From: an uncultured Muribaculaceae bacterium
GTDB taxonomy: Bacteria; Bacillota_I; Bacilli_A; RF39; UBA660
DNA length: 57,045 bases
Reading direction: 5' to 3'
NCBI GenBank assembly: GCA_964486215.1
Contig: CAZALI010000005.1
Coordinates: 1-57,045, forward strand
This document shows, piece by piece, positions 1 to 10,192 of the stretch (position 1 is the first letter of the stretch; every line of letters begins with the position of its first letter). The translations under genes and the position numbers were made by a program. The notes beneath the pieces are model-generated. The model was not told the DNA's origin, did not search any database, and saw nothing but the letters and a program-made list of their open reading frames with translations.

Positions 1-8
1 GGAGCACA

Positions 9-620
9 TTGTTGTATGAAGTATTGACAGAGACTACAAGAAATTGGGTTAAGGAGCATATGAATGATAAGATAAATATTGATGGTAAAGAATGGTTAGT
101 TAGAGATTATATATCTTCTAGGTCAAGTGATTTTCTTATTGATAGAGTGAAGTCTTTTTCACGAAATACTGTTGATTATTTTAATTCAGAAGAATTTAAG
201 AAGAGTTTGGTTACTAATGTTGGTTTTGCTGTTCCTGGAATACTTGATAGACTATATTTAGGAAATGATCATAATAAGCCATATCCCCATTTTAAAGTTC
301 AGGTTGGCTCTAATGAATATCATTTAATAAAAGACGATATAGAAAAAGCTGTTATATCTATTACACCTGATATTTTGAGAAATGATCCTAATTTTTCTGA
401 TACTATTAAAGATAAAATAAAATCACAGCAAGAGAGATTTTTTATTGATCGAGATAATTTCTGTTTTGATATAAATACTAGAAAAGAAATACAAGAGTAC
501 ATTAATTCAAAGTCACAAGTTGACAATAATAATTTTAATCATGATTTGCATAAAATGTTTAAAGATAATATTGAAAATGAAAATGTCATTGAAGAAGTAA
601 ACACTTTGAAAAAAAAATAA
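9..620 (+). CDS. Hypothetical protein, probably 5'-truncated by the window edge
   Basis: 203-aa ORF with the frame open to the window start; no recognisable motif; ends inside a terminator hairpin. Confidence 0.7.
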   Translation: MLYEVLTETTRNWVKEHMNDKINIDGKEWLVRDYISSRSSDFLIDRVKSFSRNTVDYFNSEEFKKSLVTNVGFAVPGILDRLYLGNDHNKPYPHFKVQVGSNEYHLIKDDIEKAVISITPDILRNDPNFSDTIKDKIKSQQERFFIDRDNFCFDINTRKEIQEYINSKSQVDNNNFNHDLHKMFKDNIENENVIEEVNTLKKK

Positions 621-641
621 TTAATTTTTCAAAGTGTTTTT
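599..641 (+). terminator. Intrinsic terminator overlapping the end of the first ORF
   Basis: AAACACTTTGAAAAA (599-613) is the reverse complement of TTTTTCAAAGTGTTT (625-639), followed by T residues. Confidence 0.75.
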
Positions 642-684
642 ATAAAAGGTTTTGTGTTTCTCTGATTTAAGATGTATTATAAAA

Positions 685-713
685 TTTACTTTTTTTAAAT
701 ATTATGGTATAAT
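685..713 (+). promoter_or_regulatory. Sigma-A promoter of ssrA
   Basis: TTTACT (685-690), 17-nt spacer, TGnTATAAT (705-713), just upstream of the tmRNA 5' end. Confidence 0.7.
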
Positions 714-723
714 TTATCTACTT

Positions 724-1088
724 GGGGATGATATGGTTTCGACGGGAGTATTAGAGCATAGATGGCAAGTCGGAGGAACACGTCAAGAACACAAGCAATA
801 AATGCTGAAAAAAATAACAATGCATATAGCATGGCTACTAGCTATGCTTTCGCCTAATTAATTAACGGCAGTGCACTCAACTCTATTTTTATCTACGGAA
901 TAGTTTTGGGTTCGATTTAGTAGATTATAGTTATTGTTTGTCTAGGCAGTAATCGAATATTAAGACTAGTATATTTATTAGGTCGTTAACTACTTGTTAA
1001 ATATATGAATATAATTAGTTAACTAAACTTGTAGATGTTTATGTAGCTATATTTTCGGACAGGAGTTCGATCCTCCTCATCTCCACCA
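724..1088 (+). ncRNA. ssrA: tmRNA; tag peptide (A)AEKNNNAYSMATSYAFA* at 804-857
   Basis: 5' end GGGGATGATATGGTTTCGAC; 3' end GGACAGGAGTTCGATCCTCCTCATCTCCACCA (T-arm, acceptor stem, CCA); ATAAAT precedes the resume codon GCT. Confidence 0.97.
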
Positions 1089-1102
1089 TAATATATAAAT
1101 TT

Positions 1103-1131
1103 GAAGATAATAAATATTATCTTCTTTTTTT
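1103..1131 (+). terminator. ssrA terminator
   Basis: GAAGATAAT-aaat-ATTATCTTC followed by T7. Confidence 0.8.
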
Positions 1132-1207
1132 ATGTAAATGGAACTATACCAAGATTTTGTTATATAAGGAAAATGAGTTATAATTAATATAGTAATGGTA
1201 GGTTTTT

Positions 1208-2452
1208 ATGGATAATGAATTAAAAGAGAGTAGAGATTTTAGACAAGTTATTAAGCTTTTTAATATTGAATTAAAAAGTAAAGGAATATATGATTGTGAG
1301 TATTTACTAATAAATAATTCTATTGAAGAAGTTTTTCATGTTTTAGAGGATAATTGTGAATGCTATTCTTTAGTAAAAGATGAAAGGTATAGTAATGACA
1401 TAACTTTTTCATCAGTGCTAGAAACTTATTTTGAAAAAGTTAAAGAGTATTATCAAACAATAATGATTAAAGAAGGTAGTACTGATACTATCGCAGATAG
1501 ATACTTTAGAAAAATAACTGAACCTGTTAAGAAAGATGGAGAGTTTATTATATATGATAAAAGTAATATAGAACTTTCTGGTACAGATGTATTAAAAACA
1601 ATGGAATTAATGAGGGAAGCAATTATTGCATATTATAAAGTGTACGATAATAAAGAGTTAATAGCAGAACTTACTACTACTGATCCGGAAATTAATGATG
1701 AAATAGTCTTTAGAATTAAGGAAGAACAATTACTACATTTATTAGGAGTTAGTATTAAACAATTGAATAGTAATCCAGAATTTGCACGATTAACAGGAAA
1801 GTCAAATATGAGATGGGATGAAGTTTTAGATTGGATAATGAAAGATATAGATGGAAATAATGATTTGGCTCAATATCAAGATGATTGGTTAAAAAGAATT
1901 AAAAATTCAAATGGAAAAAATGTTGTTAGTCACCAATATAGACCTGACATTAATAGTCAATTATTAAACTTTGGAAAGATAAGATCTAAATCTCAAACGT
2001 TTTTAAAATATGGACCAATGGAAGCTGTATCTATGGTAGCTAAACTTAAAGATGGAAAAACTCTATCTAAATATTCAAAAAGCAATATGGCAATGATATC
2101 AAGAGCGGAAAGTTTTAGAAAATATCCTTGGGCATACTTTGGTCAAGTGCAAGGACGTAATGGTAATTATATGGAAACACTACAAATAGACACAAGTGAC
2201 AATAAAAAAGAATTATTTATGGGCTCAAAACCTGCTATTGTAAAAAGTGTTCAACCTGTAAGCGATGATGGTAGTGATGGTAGTGGAACAGGAACTATGC
2301 CTGCTATATTTAGTGAAGAGGAACAAATGGATTTATTTATACAAGCATATGAGGAATTCAGTGATGTAATGGATTTTACAAACTTAATAGAGTATTTTAA
2401 TAATTTAAATGATTCATTAAATAAGAGTAGAACAAAAAGAACATCAAAATAA
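1208..2452 (+). CDS. Hypothetical protein with a PBECR4-like (BECR-fold RNase-like) central region
   Basis: 414 aa. MREAIIAYYKVYDNKELI...EIVFRIKEEQLLHLLGV resembles the PBECR4 pattern (EAAxxY..NK..F..xNFxHLxG); domain call is by eye only. Confidence 0.5.
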   Translation: MDNELKESRDFRQVIKLFNIELKSKGIYDCEYLLINNSIEEVFHVLEDNCECYSLVKDERYSNDITFSSVLETYFEKVKEYYQTIMIKEGSTDTIADRYFRKITEPVKKDGEFIIYDKSNIELSGTDVLKTMELMREAIIAYYKVYDNKELIAELTTTDPEINDEIVFRIKEEQLLHLLGVSIKQLNSNPEFARLTGKSNMRWDEVLDWIMKDIDGNNDLAQYQDDWLKRIKNSNGKNVVSHQYRPDINSQLLNFGKIRSKSQTFLKYGPMEAVSMVAKLKDGKTLSKYSKSNMAMISRAESFRKYPWAYFGQVQGRNGNYMETLQIDTSDNKKELFMGSKPAIVKSVQPVSDDGSDGSGTGTMPAIFSEEEQMDLFIQAYEEFSDVMDFTNLIEYFNNLNDSLNKSRTKRTSK

Positions 2453-2513
2453 AAGTAGTCTATGTTGACTATCTTTTTTTATTATTATTTGGTAATATAT
2501 ACGTGGTGAGTTT

Positions 2514-3248
2514 ATGAAAGTTATGTCATTTAATTTAAGACATTCTATTATTCAGAGTATTACAGGTTATTGGTTCTTTAGATATAGAAATATAGTTAAA
2601 TATCTAAAGAAAGATACATATGATTTTATTGGTACTCAAGAAGTAACTAGGTTTAGTAAGATATACTTAAGAAAAAAGATGACTAATTATAATATTATTG
2701 GCGAGGGTAGAAAGAGTAGAATACTTAGTAATGAATATAATGTAATACTTGTGAATAAGAAGTATAAAATTTCTAGATATAAGACTTATTCTTTATCTAA
2801 TGATATAGAAGTTCTTGGTACTAAACTACCTGGTTATAATTTTCCTAGGATTTGTACTATAGTTCATTGTAGTGATAATAAGAATAAATATATGCTTGTT
2901 AATACTCATATTGATAATTCTAGTACTTATAATAAGAAGAAAATGTTGGATATACTTAATGTTTTATTAAAACTGGAACATAGAAAAGATGAATTGATTA
3001 TTCTTACTGGTGATTTTAATATGAGTATGAATAAAAGAATAGAAGAATTTATTGGTGAAAATAAATTAAAAAATATATTTGATAATGATGATAAAGGAAG
3101 TTTTGTTAAGAATAAAGATATGAGAAGAATAGATCATATTCTTGTTAGTAAGAAGTTTAAAATTAAGAAAGCTTATATAGATTATGCTTGCAATGAAAAG
3201 AAATGTATTAGCGATCATTATGCTTTAATAGGAGAAATATGTTTATAG
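2514..3248 (+). CDS. Endonuclease/exonuclease/phosphatase (EEP) family protein
   Basis: SFN, TQE, NTH, GDFN, RIDHI and SDH motifs all present. Confidence 0.9.
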   Translation: MKVMSFNLRHSIIQSITGYWFFRYRNIVKYLKKDTYDFIGTQEVTRFSKIYLRKKMTNYNIIGEGRKSRILSNEYNVILVNKKYKISRYKTYSLSNDIEVLGTKLPGYNFPRICTIVHCSDNKNKYMLVNTHIDNSSTYNKKKMLDILNVLLKLEHRKDELIILTGDFNMSMNKRIEEFIGENKLKNIFDNDDKGSFVKNKDMRRIDHILVSKKFKIKKAYIDYACNEKKCISDHYALIGEICL

Positions 3249-3327
3249 TATTTCTTTTCTTTTGTTTACTTTTATTTTTTATTTGATATAATTAAATTAA
3301 GATAGAAGAATAGGAAGGAAGGTAATA

Positions 3328-4581
3328 ATGAGTAAAAGTAATATTCATGTAACTAGCGAGATAGGAACTTTAAGGAAAGTATTATTACATAGACCAGGTA
3401 ATGAACTTTTAAATTTGACACCAGATACTTTGGGAGATCTATTATTTGATGATATTCCATATTTACCTGATGCTCAAAAGGAACATGATGCTTTTGCACA
3501 AGCTTTAAGAGATCATGGCGTAGAAGTATTATACTTAGAAGACTTGGTTGCTGAAGCTATTAGTGTTAATAAGAATGTTCGTGAAAAGTTCATTAAGCAA
3601 TTTATGGCTGAGGCTGGTATTAATACTATTAAGTATCAGAAATTAGTTTATGATTTTCTTGATAAGATAAAAGATCCTAAGGAACTAGTTTTACAAACTA
3701 TGGCAGGAATACAGGTCGGAGATATTCCTAAGAATAAACGTGAAGTTGAAAAAACTTTAGTTGATTTAATTGATACTCCTGATAAGTTTATTGCTGCACC
3801 AATGCCAAATTTATATTTTACTAGAGATAATTTTGACAATGTTGGTGAAGGCACTAATTTAAATCATATGTATTCAGTGACTCGTAATAGAGAATGTATT
3901 TATGGTGAGTATATTTTTAAATATCATCCTAAATATAAGAATACATCTCTATATTATAATCGTAGTTATAACTGGCATACTGAAGGTGGAGATGTCTTGA
4001 ATATCAATGAGACTACTGTAGCGGTTGGTATTAGTCAAAGAACTGAGGCAGCTGCAATCGATCAGATGGCAAAGAATTTCTTTAAAGATCCTGATTGTAA
4101 GATAAAGACAGTATTAGCATTTAATATTCCTGAATCTCGTGCATTTATGCATTTAGATACAGTATTTACACAGATTGATAAATATACATTTACTTATCAT
4201 CCTGGAATAATGGGTACTTTGCAGGTATTTGAAATAACTGAAGGATTTGATCCTGATACTTTTGAAGATTTAAATGTTAAAGAAATAAATGCTCCTCTTG
4301 ATGAAGTTTTAGAAAAATACTTAGGACATAAAGTAAAATTAATTCCTTGTGCTGGAGGAGACAAAGTAGCTAGTGAGAGAGAGCAATGGAATGATGGTTC
4401 TAATACTTTGTGTATTGCTCCTGGAGTTGTAGTTGTATACGACAGAAACAATGTTACAAATGAAGTACTTAAAAAAGAAGGAATTGAAGTTGTTGAAATT
4501 CATGGAGCTGAGTTATCTCGTGGACGTGGAGGTCCTAGGTGTATGAGTATGCCATTTGTGAGGGATGATGTTGAATGGTAG
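3328..4581 (+). CDS. arcA: Arginine deiminase
   Basis: SEIG..LHRPG, FTRD, EGGD, MHLDT, GRGGPRCMS. Confidence 0.97.
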   Translation: MSKSNIHVTSEIGTLRKVLLHRPGNELLNLTPDTLGDLLFDDIPYLPDAQKEHDAFAQALRDHGVEVLYLEDLVAEAISVNKNVREKFIKQFMAEAGINTIKYQKLVYDFLDKIKDPKELVLQTMAGIQVGDIPKNKREVEKTLVDLIDTPDKFIAAPMPNLYFTRDNFDNVGEGTNLNHMYSVTRNRECIYGEYIFKYHPKYKNTSLYYNRSYNWHTEGGDVLNINETTVAVGISQRTEAAAIDQMAKNFFKDPDCKIKTVLAFNIPESRAFMHLDTVFTQIDKYTFTYHPGIMGTLQVFEITEGFDPDTFEDLNVKEINAPLDEVLEKYLGHKVKLIPCAGGDKVASEREQWNDGSNTLCIAPGVVVVYDRNNVTNEVLKKEGIEVVEIHGAELSRGRGGPRCMSMPFVRDDVEW

Positions 4582-5567
4582 ATTTAAGAGGAAAAGATTT
4601 CTTAAAGTTACTAGATTTTACTCCTGAAGAGATTAGATATTTAATTGATAGAGCTAAGACATTAAAGAAACAAAAGCATAATAATGAACCTCATGCTTAT
4701 TTAAAAGGAAAACAAGTAGCGCTTATTTTTGAAAAAGATTCTACAAGAACAAGATGTTCATTTGAAGTAGCTGCGCATGACTTAGGTATGACTTGTACAT
4801 ATCTTGGTCCTACTGGTTCACAGTTAGGCAAGAAAGAGACTATTCAAGATACAGCTAGGGTACTTGCTTCAATGTATGATGGAATTGAGTATCGTGGGTT
4901 TGATCAAACAATAGTAGAAGACTTAGCTAAGTATTCTAAGGTTCCAGTATGGAATGGTCTTACTACAGAATTTCATCCTACACAAATGCTTGCGGATATT
5001 ATGACTGTTGAAGAAGAGTTGGGTGATTCTAAAGGTAAAAAGCTTGTTTTCTTAGGAGATGCTAGAAATAATGTTGGTAATTCTTTAATGGTTGTTTGTT
5101 CTAAACTAGGAATGCATTTTGTATGTTGTGCTCCTAAAGAGTTATTTCCAAATGAAGAATTAGTTGATACATGTAAGAAAATATGTGAAGAGACAGGCGG
5201 ATCTGTAACACTATGTGAAGATGTGATGGAAGGAACTAAAGATGCTGATGTTCTTTATACAGATGTATGGCTATCTATGGGTGAAGATCAAAGTATGTGG
5301 GAAGAGAGAATTAAATTACTTTCTCCATACAGAGTCAACATGGATGTAGTTAGAAATGCTAAAGATAGTGTCATATTTTTACATTGTTTACCATCTTTCC
5401 ATAATACTAATACTACTATTGGAAAAGATGTTTATGATAAGTTTGGCATAGAAGAGATGGAAGTGACTGATGAAGTATTTGAATCTAGTCATTCTAAAGT
5501 ATTTGAGGAAGCTGAAAACAGGATGCATACTATTAAAGCAGTTATGCTCGAGACTTTAAAGCAATGA
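4575..5567 (+). CDS. arcB: Catabolic ornithine carbamoyltransferase
   Basis: STRTR, HPTQ and HCLP motifs; overlaps arcA. Confidence 0.96.
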   Translation: MVDLRGKDFLKLLDFTPEEIRYLIDRAKTLKKQKHNNEPHAYLKGKQVALIFEKDSTRTRCSFEVAAHDLGMTCTYLGPTGSQLGKKETIQDTARVLASMYDGIEYRGFDQTIVEDLAKYSKVPVWNGLTTEFHPTQMLADIMTVEEELGDSKGKKLVFLGDARNNVGNSLMVVCSKLGMHFVCCAPKELFPNEELVDTCKKICEETGGSVTLCEDVMEGTKDADVLYTDVWLSMGEDQSMWEERIKLLSPYRVNMDVVRNAKDSVIFLHCLPSFHNTNTTIGKDVYDKFGIEEMEVTDEVFESSHSKVFEEAENRMHTIKAVMLETLKQ

Positions 5568-6502
5568 GTAAAGTTGTAATAGCTTTGGGTGGTAATGCAC
5601 TTGGCGCTACTCCTACAGAACAATTATTTATTGTTAGAAAAACGGCCAAACGAATTGTTGATTTAGTAGAGATGGGTCACGATATCATAATATCTCATGG
5701 TAATGGGCCACAAGTAGGTGTTATATATAATGCTATGACATTATATGGTAAAGTTAAAAATACTGAAGTTTTTCCATTTGCTGAATGTGGTGCTATGAGC
5801 CAAGGATATATTGGATATCAGTTGCAGCAAGCTATTCATTCTGAATTTAGGAAACGCGGAATGCGTAAGAAGATAGCTACTATTGTTACACAAGTAGAAG
5901 TTGATCCAAAAGATGAAGCATTTAAAAATCCTACTAAACCAATTGGAGAATTTGTAACAAAGAAAGAGGCAATCAAGTTAGCTCGTGAAAATAATTGCGT
6001 ATACAAGGAAGATGCTGGTAGAGGTTATAGAAGAGTTATTGCTTCTCCTAAACCAAAGAGTATAATAGAAATTAATACCATTAAGCAATTAGTTGATAAT
6101 AACAATGTCGTTATTGTCTGTGGTGGTGGAGGTATTCCTGTTATACCTATTAGAAATGGTTATAAAGGAGTAGATGCAGTAATTGATAAAGATAGAACTA
6201 GTTCTCTTCTAGCTAGAAAACTTGATGCTGATAAGTTACTAATTCTAACAACAGTAGAAAAAGTAAGAATTAATTTTAAACAAAAAGATGAAAAAACTCT
6301 AGATTCTATGAGTCTAGATGAAGCAAAACATTATATTGAAAATAATGAGTTTGCTGCTGGAAGTATGCTTCCTAAAGTAGAAGCATGTATGGAATTTGTT
6401 TCTCGTACTAAAGGCAAACAAGCAATTATTACTTCTCTTAGTAAAGCTCGTAAAGCCCTTAGTGGAGAGACAGGTACAGTTATTTATAAGGAGGAAAAAT
6501 GA
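5564..6502 (+). CDS. arcC: Carbamate kinase
   Basis: IALGGNA, HGNGPQVG, GYRRV, AVIDKD, GSMLPK. Confidence 0.96.
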   Translation: MSKVVIALGGNALGATPTEQLFIVRKTAKRIVDLVEMGHDIIISHGNGPQVGVIYNAMTLYGKVKNTEVFPFAECGAMSQGYIGYQLQQAIHSEFRKRGMRKKIATIVTQVEVDPKDEAFKNPTKPIGEFVTKKEAIKLARENNCVYKEDAGRGYRRVIASPKPKSIIEINTIKQLVDNNNVVIVCGGGGIPVIPIRNGYKGVDAVIDKDRTSSLLARKLDADKLLILTTVEKVRINFKQKDEKTLDSMSLDEAKHYIENNEFAAGSMLPKVEACMEFVSRTKGKQAIITSLSKARKALSGETGTVIYKEEK

Positions 6503-7956
6503 AACGTAAAAAGACAAATGTTAAATACAGTAAAGAGACACCACTTTCTTTATCTGCATTTACAATAATTTTAATCTTAATATTTATACTTGCTATTATT
6601 ACACACTTTTTACCAACTGCTGAATTTACTAAAGATGTTATCGTTAATGGTAGTGGAGTAAAAGCTGCATCATTATCTACTACATTGATGGCTCCAGTAC
6701 TTGGATTTGCTGATGCTATTGATATATGTTTATTCGTATTAATACTTGGTGCTTTTCTTAAGATTGTTAATAGTACTGATGCAATTGAAGATGGTATTAA
6801 AGTATTAATAAAGAAATTACATGGACATGAATTAGTATTAATACCAATTCTAATGTTCTTATTCTCAATTGGTGGTACTACTTATGGTATGCTTGAAGAA
6901 ACTGTTGGTTTCTATGCATTACTTGCTGCTACTATGGTAGCTGCTGGTATGGATACTATAGTTTCTTCTGCAATAGTTTTATTAGGTGCTGGTAGTGGAG
7001 TTTTAGGTTCTACTATTAACCCATTTGCTGTAGGAGCAGCTGTTTCAGCTTTACCTAAAGATGTTCAAGTAAATCAAGGAACTATTATTGGTTTAGGTGT
7101 TATCTTATGGTTAACATCATTATTAATATCTATATTCTTTGTATTAAGATATGCTAAGAAAGTTAAAGATAAAAAAGGATCTACTTTCTTATCTCTACAA
7201 GAAGTTAAGAATATGGAAGATACTTATAAAGATAAAGATAAAGAACCTGTTGTTGAATTAGAAACAAATCAAAAAGTTACTTTAATTCTATTTGCTTTAA
7301 CTTTTATAATTATGATTATAGGATTTATTCCTTGGGAAGATTTTGGAGTAAATATATTTACTAAGACTGGATGGATTACTGGTGCTCCACTTGGTCAATG
7401 GTACTTTAACGAAGCAACTTTATGGTTCTTAATTATGACTATTGTTATTGGTGTTGTTAATAGATATAGTGAACATGATTTTGTTGAAATGTTTATTGAT
7501 GGTGCTGATGACATGGTAGGAGTTATTTTAGTAATAGCTATAGCTCGTGGAGCTTCTGTATTAATGCAAGCAACTTATTTAGATAACTACATTATTTATA
7601 ATGCTGCTAATGCTTTAGAGAATGTTCCTGCTACAATATTTGCACCACTTAACTATATCTTACATGTTGGATTATCTATCTTAGTACCATCTTCTTCAGG
7701 ACTTGCATCACTTTCTACTCCAATTATGGGCCCACTTGCTCAAAATATTGGTTTATCAGTAGATGCTACTGTTATGGAAATGGTTGCAGCTAATGGTTTA
7801 GTTAACTTATTTACTCCAACTTGTGGAGCAATTATGGGTGGACTTGCTTTAGCTAAAGTAGAATATACTACTTGGTTAAGATGGGTAGGAAAAGTTATTG
7901 CTTTAATTGCTATTACAAATATTGTTATTTTGACTATAGCTATGTTAGTATTATAA
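6499..7956 (+). CDS. YfcC-family transporter, probable arginine/ornithine antiporter (ArcD role)
   Basis: Polytopic membrane protein with GGTTYGMLEE, STINPF and PSSSG motifs; last gene of the arc operon. Confidence 0.85.
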   Translation: MKRKKTNVKYSKETPLSLSAFTIILILIFILAIITHFLPTAEFTKDVIVNGSGVKAASLSTTLMAPVLGFADAIDICLFVLILGAFLKIVNSTDAIEDGIKVLIKKLHGHELVLIPILMFLFSIGGTTYGMLEETVGFYALLAATMVAAGMDTIVSSAIVLLGAGSGVLGSTINPFAVGAAVSALPKDVQVNQGTIIGLGVILWLTSLLISIFFVLRYAKKVKDKKGSTFLSLQEVKNMEDTYKDKDKEPVVELETNQKVTLILFALTFIIMIIGFIPWEDFGVNIFTKTGWITGAPLGQWYFNEATLWFLIMTIVIGVVNRYSEHDFVEMFIDGADDMVGVILVIAIARGASVLMQATYLDNYIIYNAANALENVPATIFAPLNYILHVGLSILVPSSSGLASLSTPIMGPLAQNIGLSVDATVMEMVAANGLVNLFTPTCGAIMGGLALAKVEYTTWLRWVGKVIALIAITNIVILTIAMLVL

Positions 7957-7960
7957 TTGT

Positions 7961-7992
7961 AAAAAGAGAAGATTTATCTTCTCTTTTTTTTT
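7961..7992 (+). terminator. arc operon terminator
   Basis: AAAAGAGAAGAT / ATCTTCTCTTTT inverted repeat with a long T tract. Confidence 0.8.
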
Positions 7993-8028
7993 ATTGTGTT
8001 ATAATTATATAGTAGGATGTGAAAATGT

Positions 8029-9480
8029 ATGAAAAAGAGGTTGGCTTTAAAAAGTATATTCTTATTAATAGTAATTACTATTGTCTGCTTTAGTTTGACG
8101 GGTTGCAAAGAGAAGAAAGGAAAGCTTGTTTTAGCTACAGAAGCTGGTTTTGCTCCATATGAATATTATTCTGGTGATGAAATAGTTGGAGTTGATATTG
8201 ATATTGCTAGAGAGATAGCTAAAGAACTTGATTATGAATTAGTAATAAAAGATGTAGCTTTTGATTCAATAATTAGTGAAGTAAAGACTGAGAAGAGTGA
8301 TATTGGAGCTGCTGGTATTAGTTATACTGAGGAAAGAGCTAAACAAGTTGATTTTACTATTAATTATGCCGAATCTAAACAGGTTATTATTGTATTAGAT
8401 GATAGTGATATATCTAGTTCTAAAGACCTAGATGGAAAGCGTGTAGCAGTACAATTGGGTACAGTAGCAGATGGTTATTTAACTGATAATTATCCTACAG
8501 TTGATGTTGTTCGCGAAAAGAAGTTTTTAGCGGCTATTGAAGATTTGAAGAAGAAAAAAGTAGATGCTGTTGTAATGGATGAGTTACCTTCTAAGAAATT
8601 AGTTACTAGAGATATGAAAGTTTTAAATGAACCACTAGTTGTAGATAATTATGGAATGATAGTAAGAAAAGGTAATTACAAACTACTTAAAGTTGCTAAT
8701 AAAGTCATAGAAAGACTAAAATCAGAAGATAAAATAGATAAAATATTACTTAATCATATGGGCATGACAGATAATTCTTCTAAGGGGAATAGACCTGCTA
8801 TCATAGAACATTTCTATCAAAGTGTTATATATGATGGTAGATACAAATATATTTTAACTGGTTTAAAGAATACTTTACTTATAGCTTTAGGTGCTGTAGT
8901 TTTAGGTGTTATACTTGGAACTTTAATGGCTGTTATTAGAAATTTTTATGCTCATACTGGTAAGTTATACCTATTAGATTTACTAGCTAGGATGTATGTT
9001 ACTGTTATTCGTGGTACACCAGTAATATTACAATTAATGATTATATACTATGTTATATTCGGCAAGACTTCTGTTAATATTGTCTTAGTAGGTATACTTG
9101 CTTTTGGTATTAATAGTGGTGCTTATGTAGCAGAGATTATTAGAGGAGGATTAAATTCTGTTGATAAAGGTCAGATGGAAGCTGGTTATTCTTTAGGACT
9201 TAGTTATCCTGCTGTTATTAGATATATAGTCTTCCCATCAGCTATTAGAAATATATTGCCAGCTTTAGGTAATGAGTTCATTACTTTGGTAAAAGAGACT
9301 TCTGTTGGAGCTTATATAGGTATTATTGAGCTTACTAAGGCTAGTGATATTATCGCAAGCCGTACTTATGATTATTTCTTCCCATTAATAATAATAGCTT
9401 TAGTATACTTGGTTATTACGATGATACTATCTAAGTTAGTAGGTATTATGGAGGCGAAGTTAAATAATGTTAGAGGTTAA
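8029..9480 (+). CDS. Polar amino-acid ABC transporter, fused substrate-binding and permease protein
   Basis: Lipobox LTGC; SBP motifs FAPYEY and GVDID; permease motifs IRGTP, AYVAEIIRGG, GQMEA, NEFITLVKETS. Confidence 0.93.
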   Translation: MKKRLALKSIFLLIVITIVCFSLTGCKEKKGKLVLATEAGFAPYEYYSGDEIVGVDIDIAREIAKELDYELVIKDVAFDSIISEVKTEKSDIGAAGISYTEERAKQVDFTINYAESKQVIIVLDDSDISSSKDLDGKRVAVQLGTVADGYLTDNYPTVDVVREKKFLAAIEDLKKKKVDAVVMDELPSKKLVTRDMKVLNEPLVVDNYGMIVRKGNYKLLKVANKVIERLKSEDKIDKILLNHMGMTDNSSKGNRPAIIEHFYQSVIYDGRYKYILTGLKNTLLIALGAVVLGVILGTLMAVIRNFYAHTGKLYLLDLLARMYVTVIRGTPVILQLMIIYYVIFGKTSVNIVLVGILAFGINSGAYVAEIIRGGLNSVDKGQMEAGYSLGLSYPAVIRYIVFPSAIRNILPALGNEFITLVKETSVGAYIGIIELTKASDIIASRTYDYFFPLIIIALVYLVITMILSKLVGIMEAKLNNVRG

Positions 9481-10192
9481 AAAGTTAAAGAAAAATTTTG
9501 GAGATAAAAAAGTATTACGTGGTATTGATTTAACTGTTAATAAAGGTGAAATTATAGGTATTATAGGTCCTTCTGGTTGTGGCAAGTCTACTTTCCTAAG
9601 ATCTATTAATTTACTTGAAAAACCTACTAGTGGTGATGTTATTTTTGATGGAGAAAGTTTAGTTAATTGTGATGATTTACCTAAGATAAGAAAAAAGATT
9701 GGAATGGTCTTTCAAAGTTTTAATTTATTTGATTATATGACTGTAATTGATAATATTACTTTTGCCCCAGTATACTTGAAATTAATGACTAAAAAAGAAG
9801 CTACTAAGAAGGCTAGAGAATTACTTAGAGATATAGGTTTAATTGATAAAGCTGACTATTATCCTTCTGAATTATCTGGTGGTCAAAAACAGAGAATTGC
9901 TATTGTTAGAACTTTAATTATGAATCCAGAGTTAATTCTATTTGATGAACCTACTTCAGCATTAGATCCTGAAATGATTGGTGAAGTTACTAATCTTATG
10001 AGAAAGATTGCTGAAACTGGTATGACGATGATAATAGTTTCTCATGAAATGGATTTTATAAAGAGTTTTTGTACTAGAGTAGTGTTTATGGATGCTGGTG
10101 AAATAATTGAAGATGGTACTAGTGAGGATATTTTTGATAGACCTAAGGATGAGCGATTAAAGAAGTTTTTAACGAAGGTGTGGAATAGATAA
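9467..10192 (+). CDS. Polar amino-acid ABC transporter ATPase (GlnQ-like)
   Basis: GPSGCGKS, LSGGQKQR, FDEPTSALDPE. Confidence 0.95.
   Translation: MLEVKKLKKNFGDKKVLRGIDLTVNKGEIIGIIGPSGCGKSTFLRSINLLEKPTSGDVIFDGESLVNCDDLPKIRKKIGMVFQSFNLFDYMTVIDNITFAPVYLKLMTKKEATKKARELLRDIGLIDKADYYPSELSGGQKQRIAIVRTLIMNPELILFDEPTSALDPEMIGEVTNLMRKIAETGMTMIIVSHEMDFIKSFCTRVVFMDAGEIIEDGTSEDIFDRPKDERLKKFLTKVWNR

Noticed and set aside
1060-3300. Integrated element at the ssrA 3' end
   Set aside because: No integrase and no duplicated tmRNA 3' end was seen downstream.
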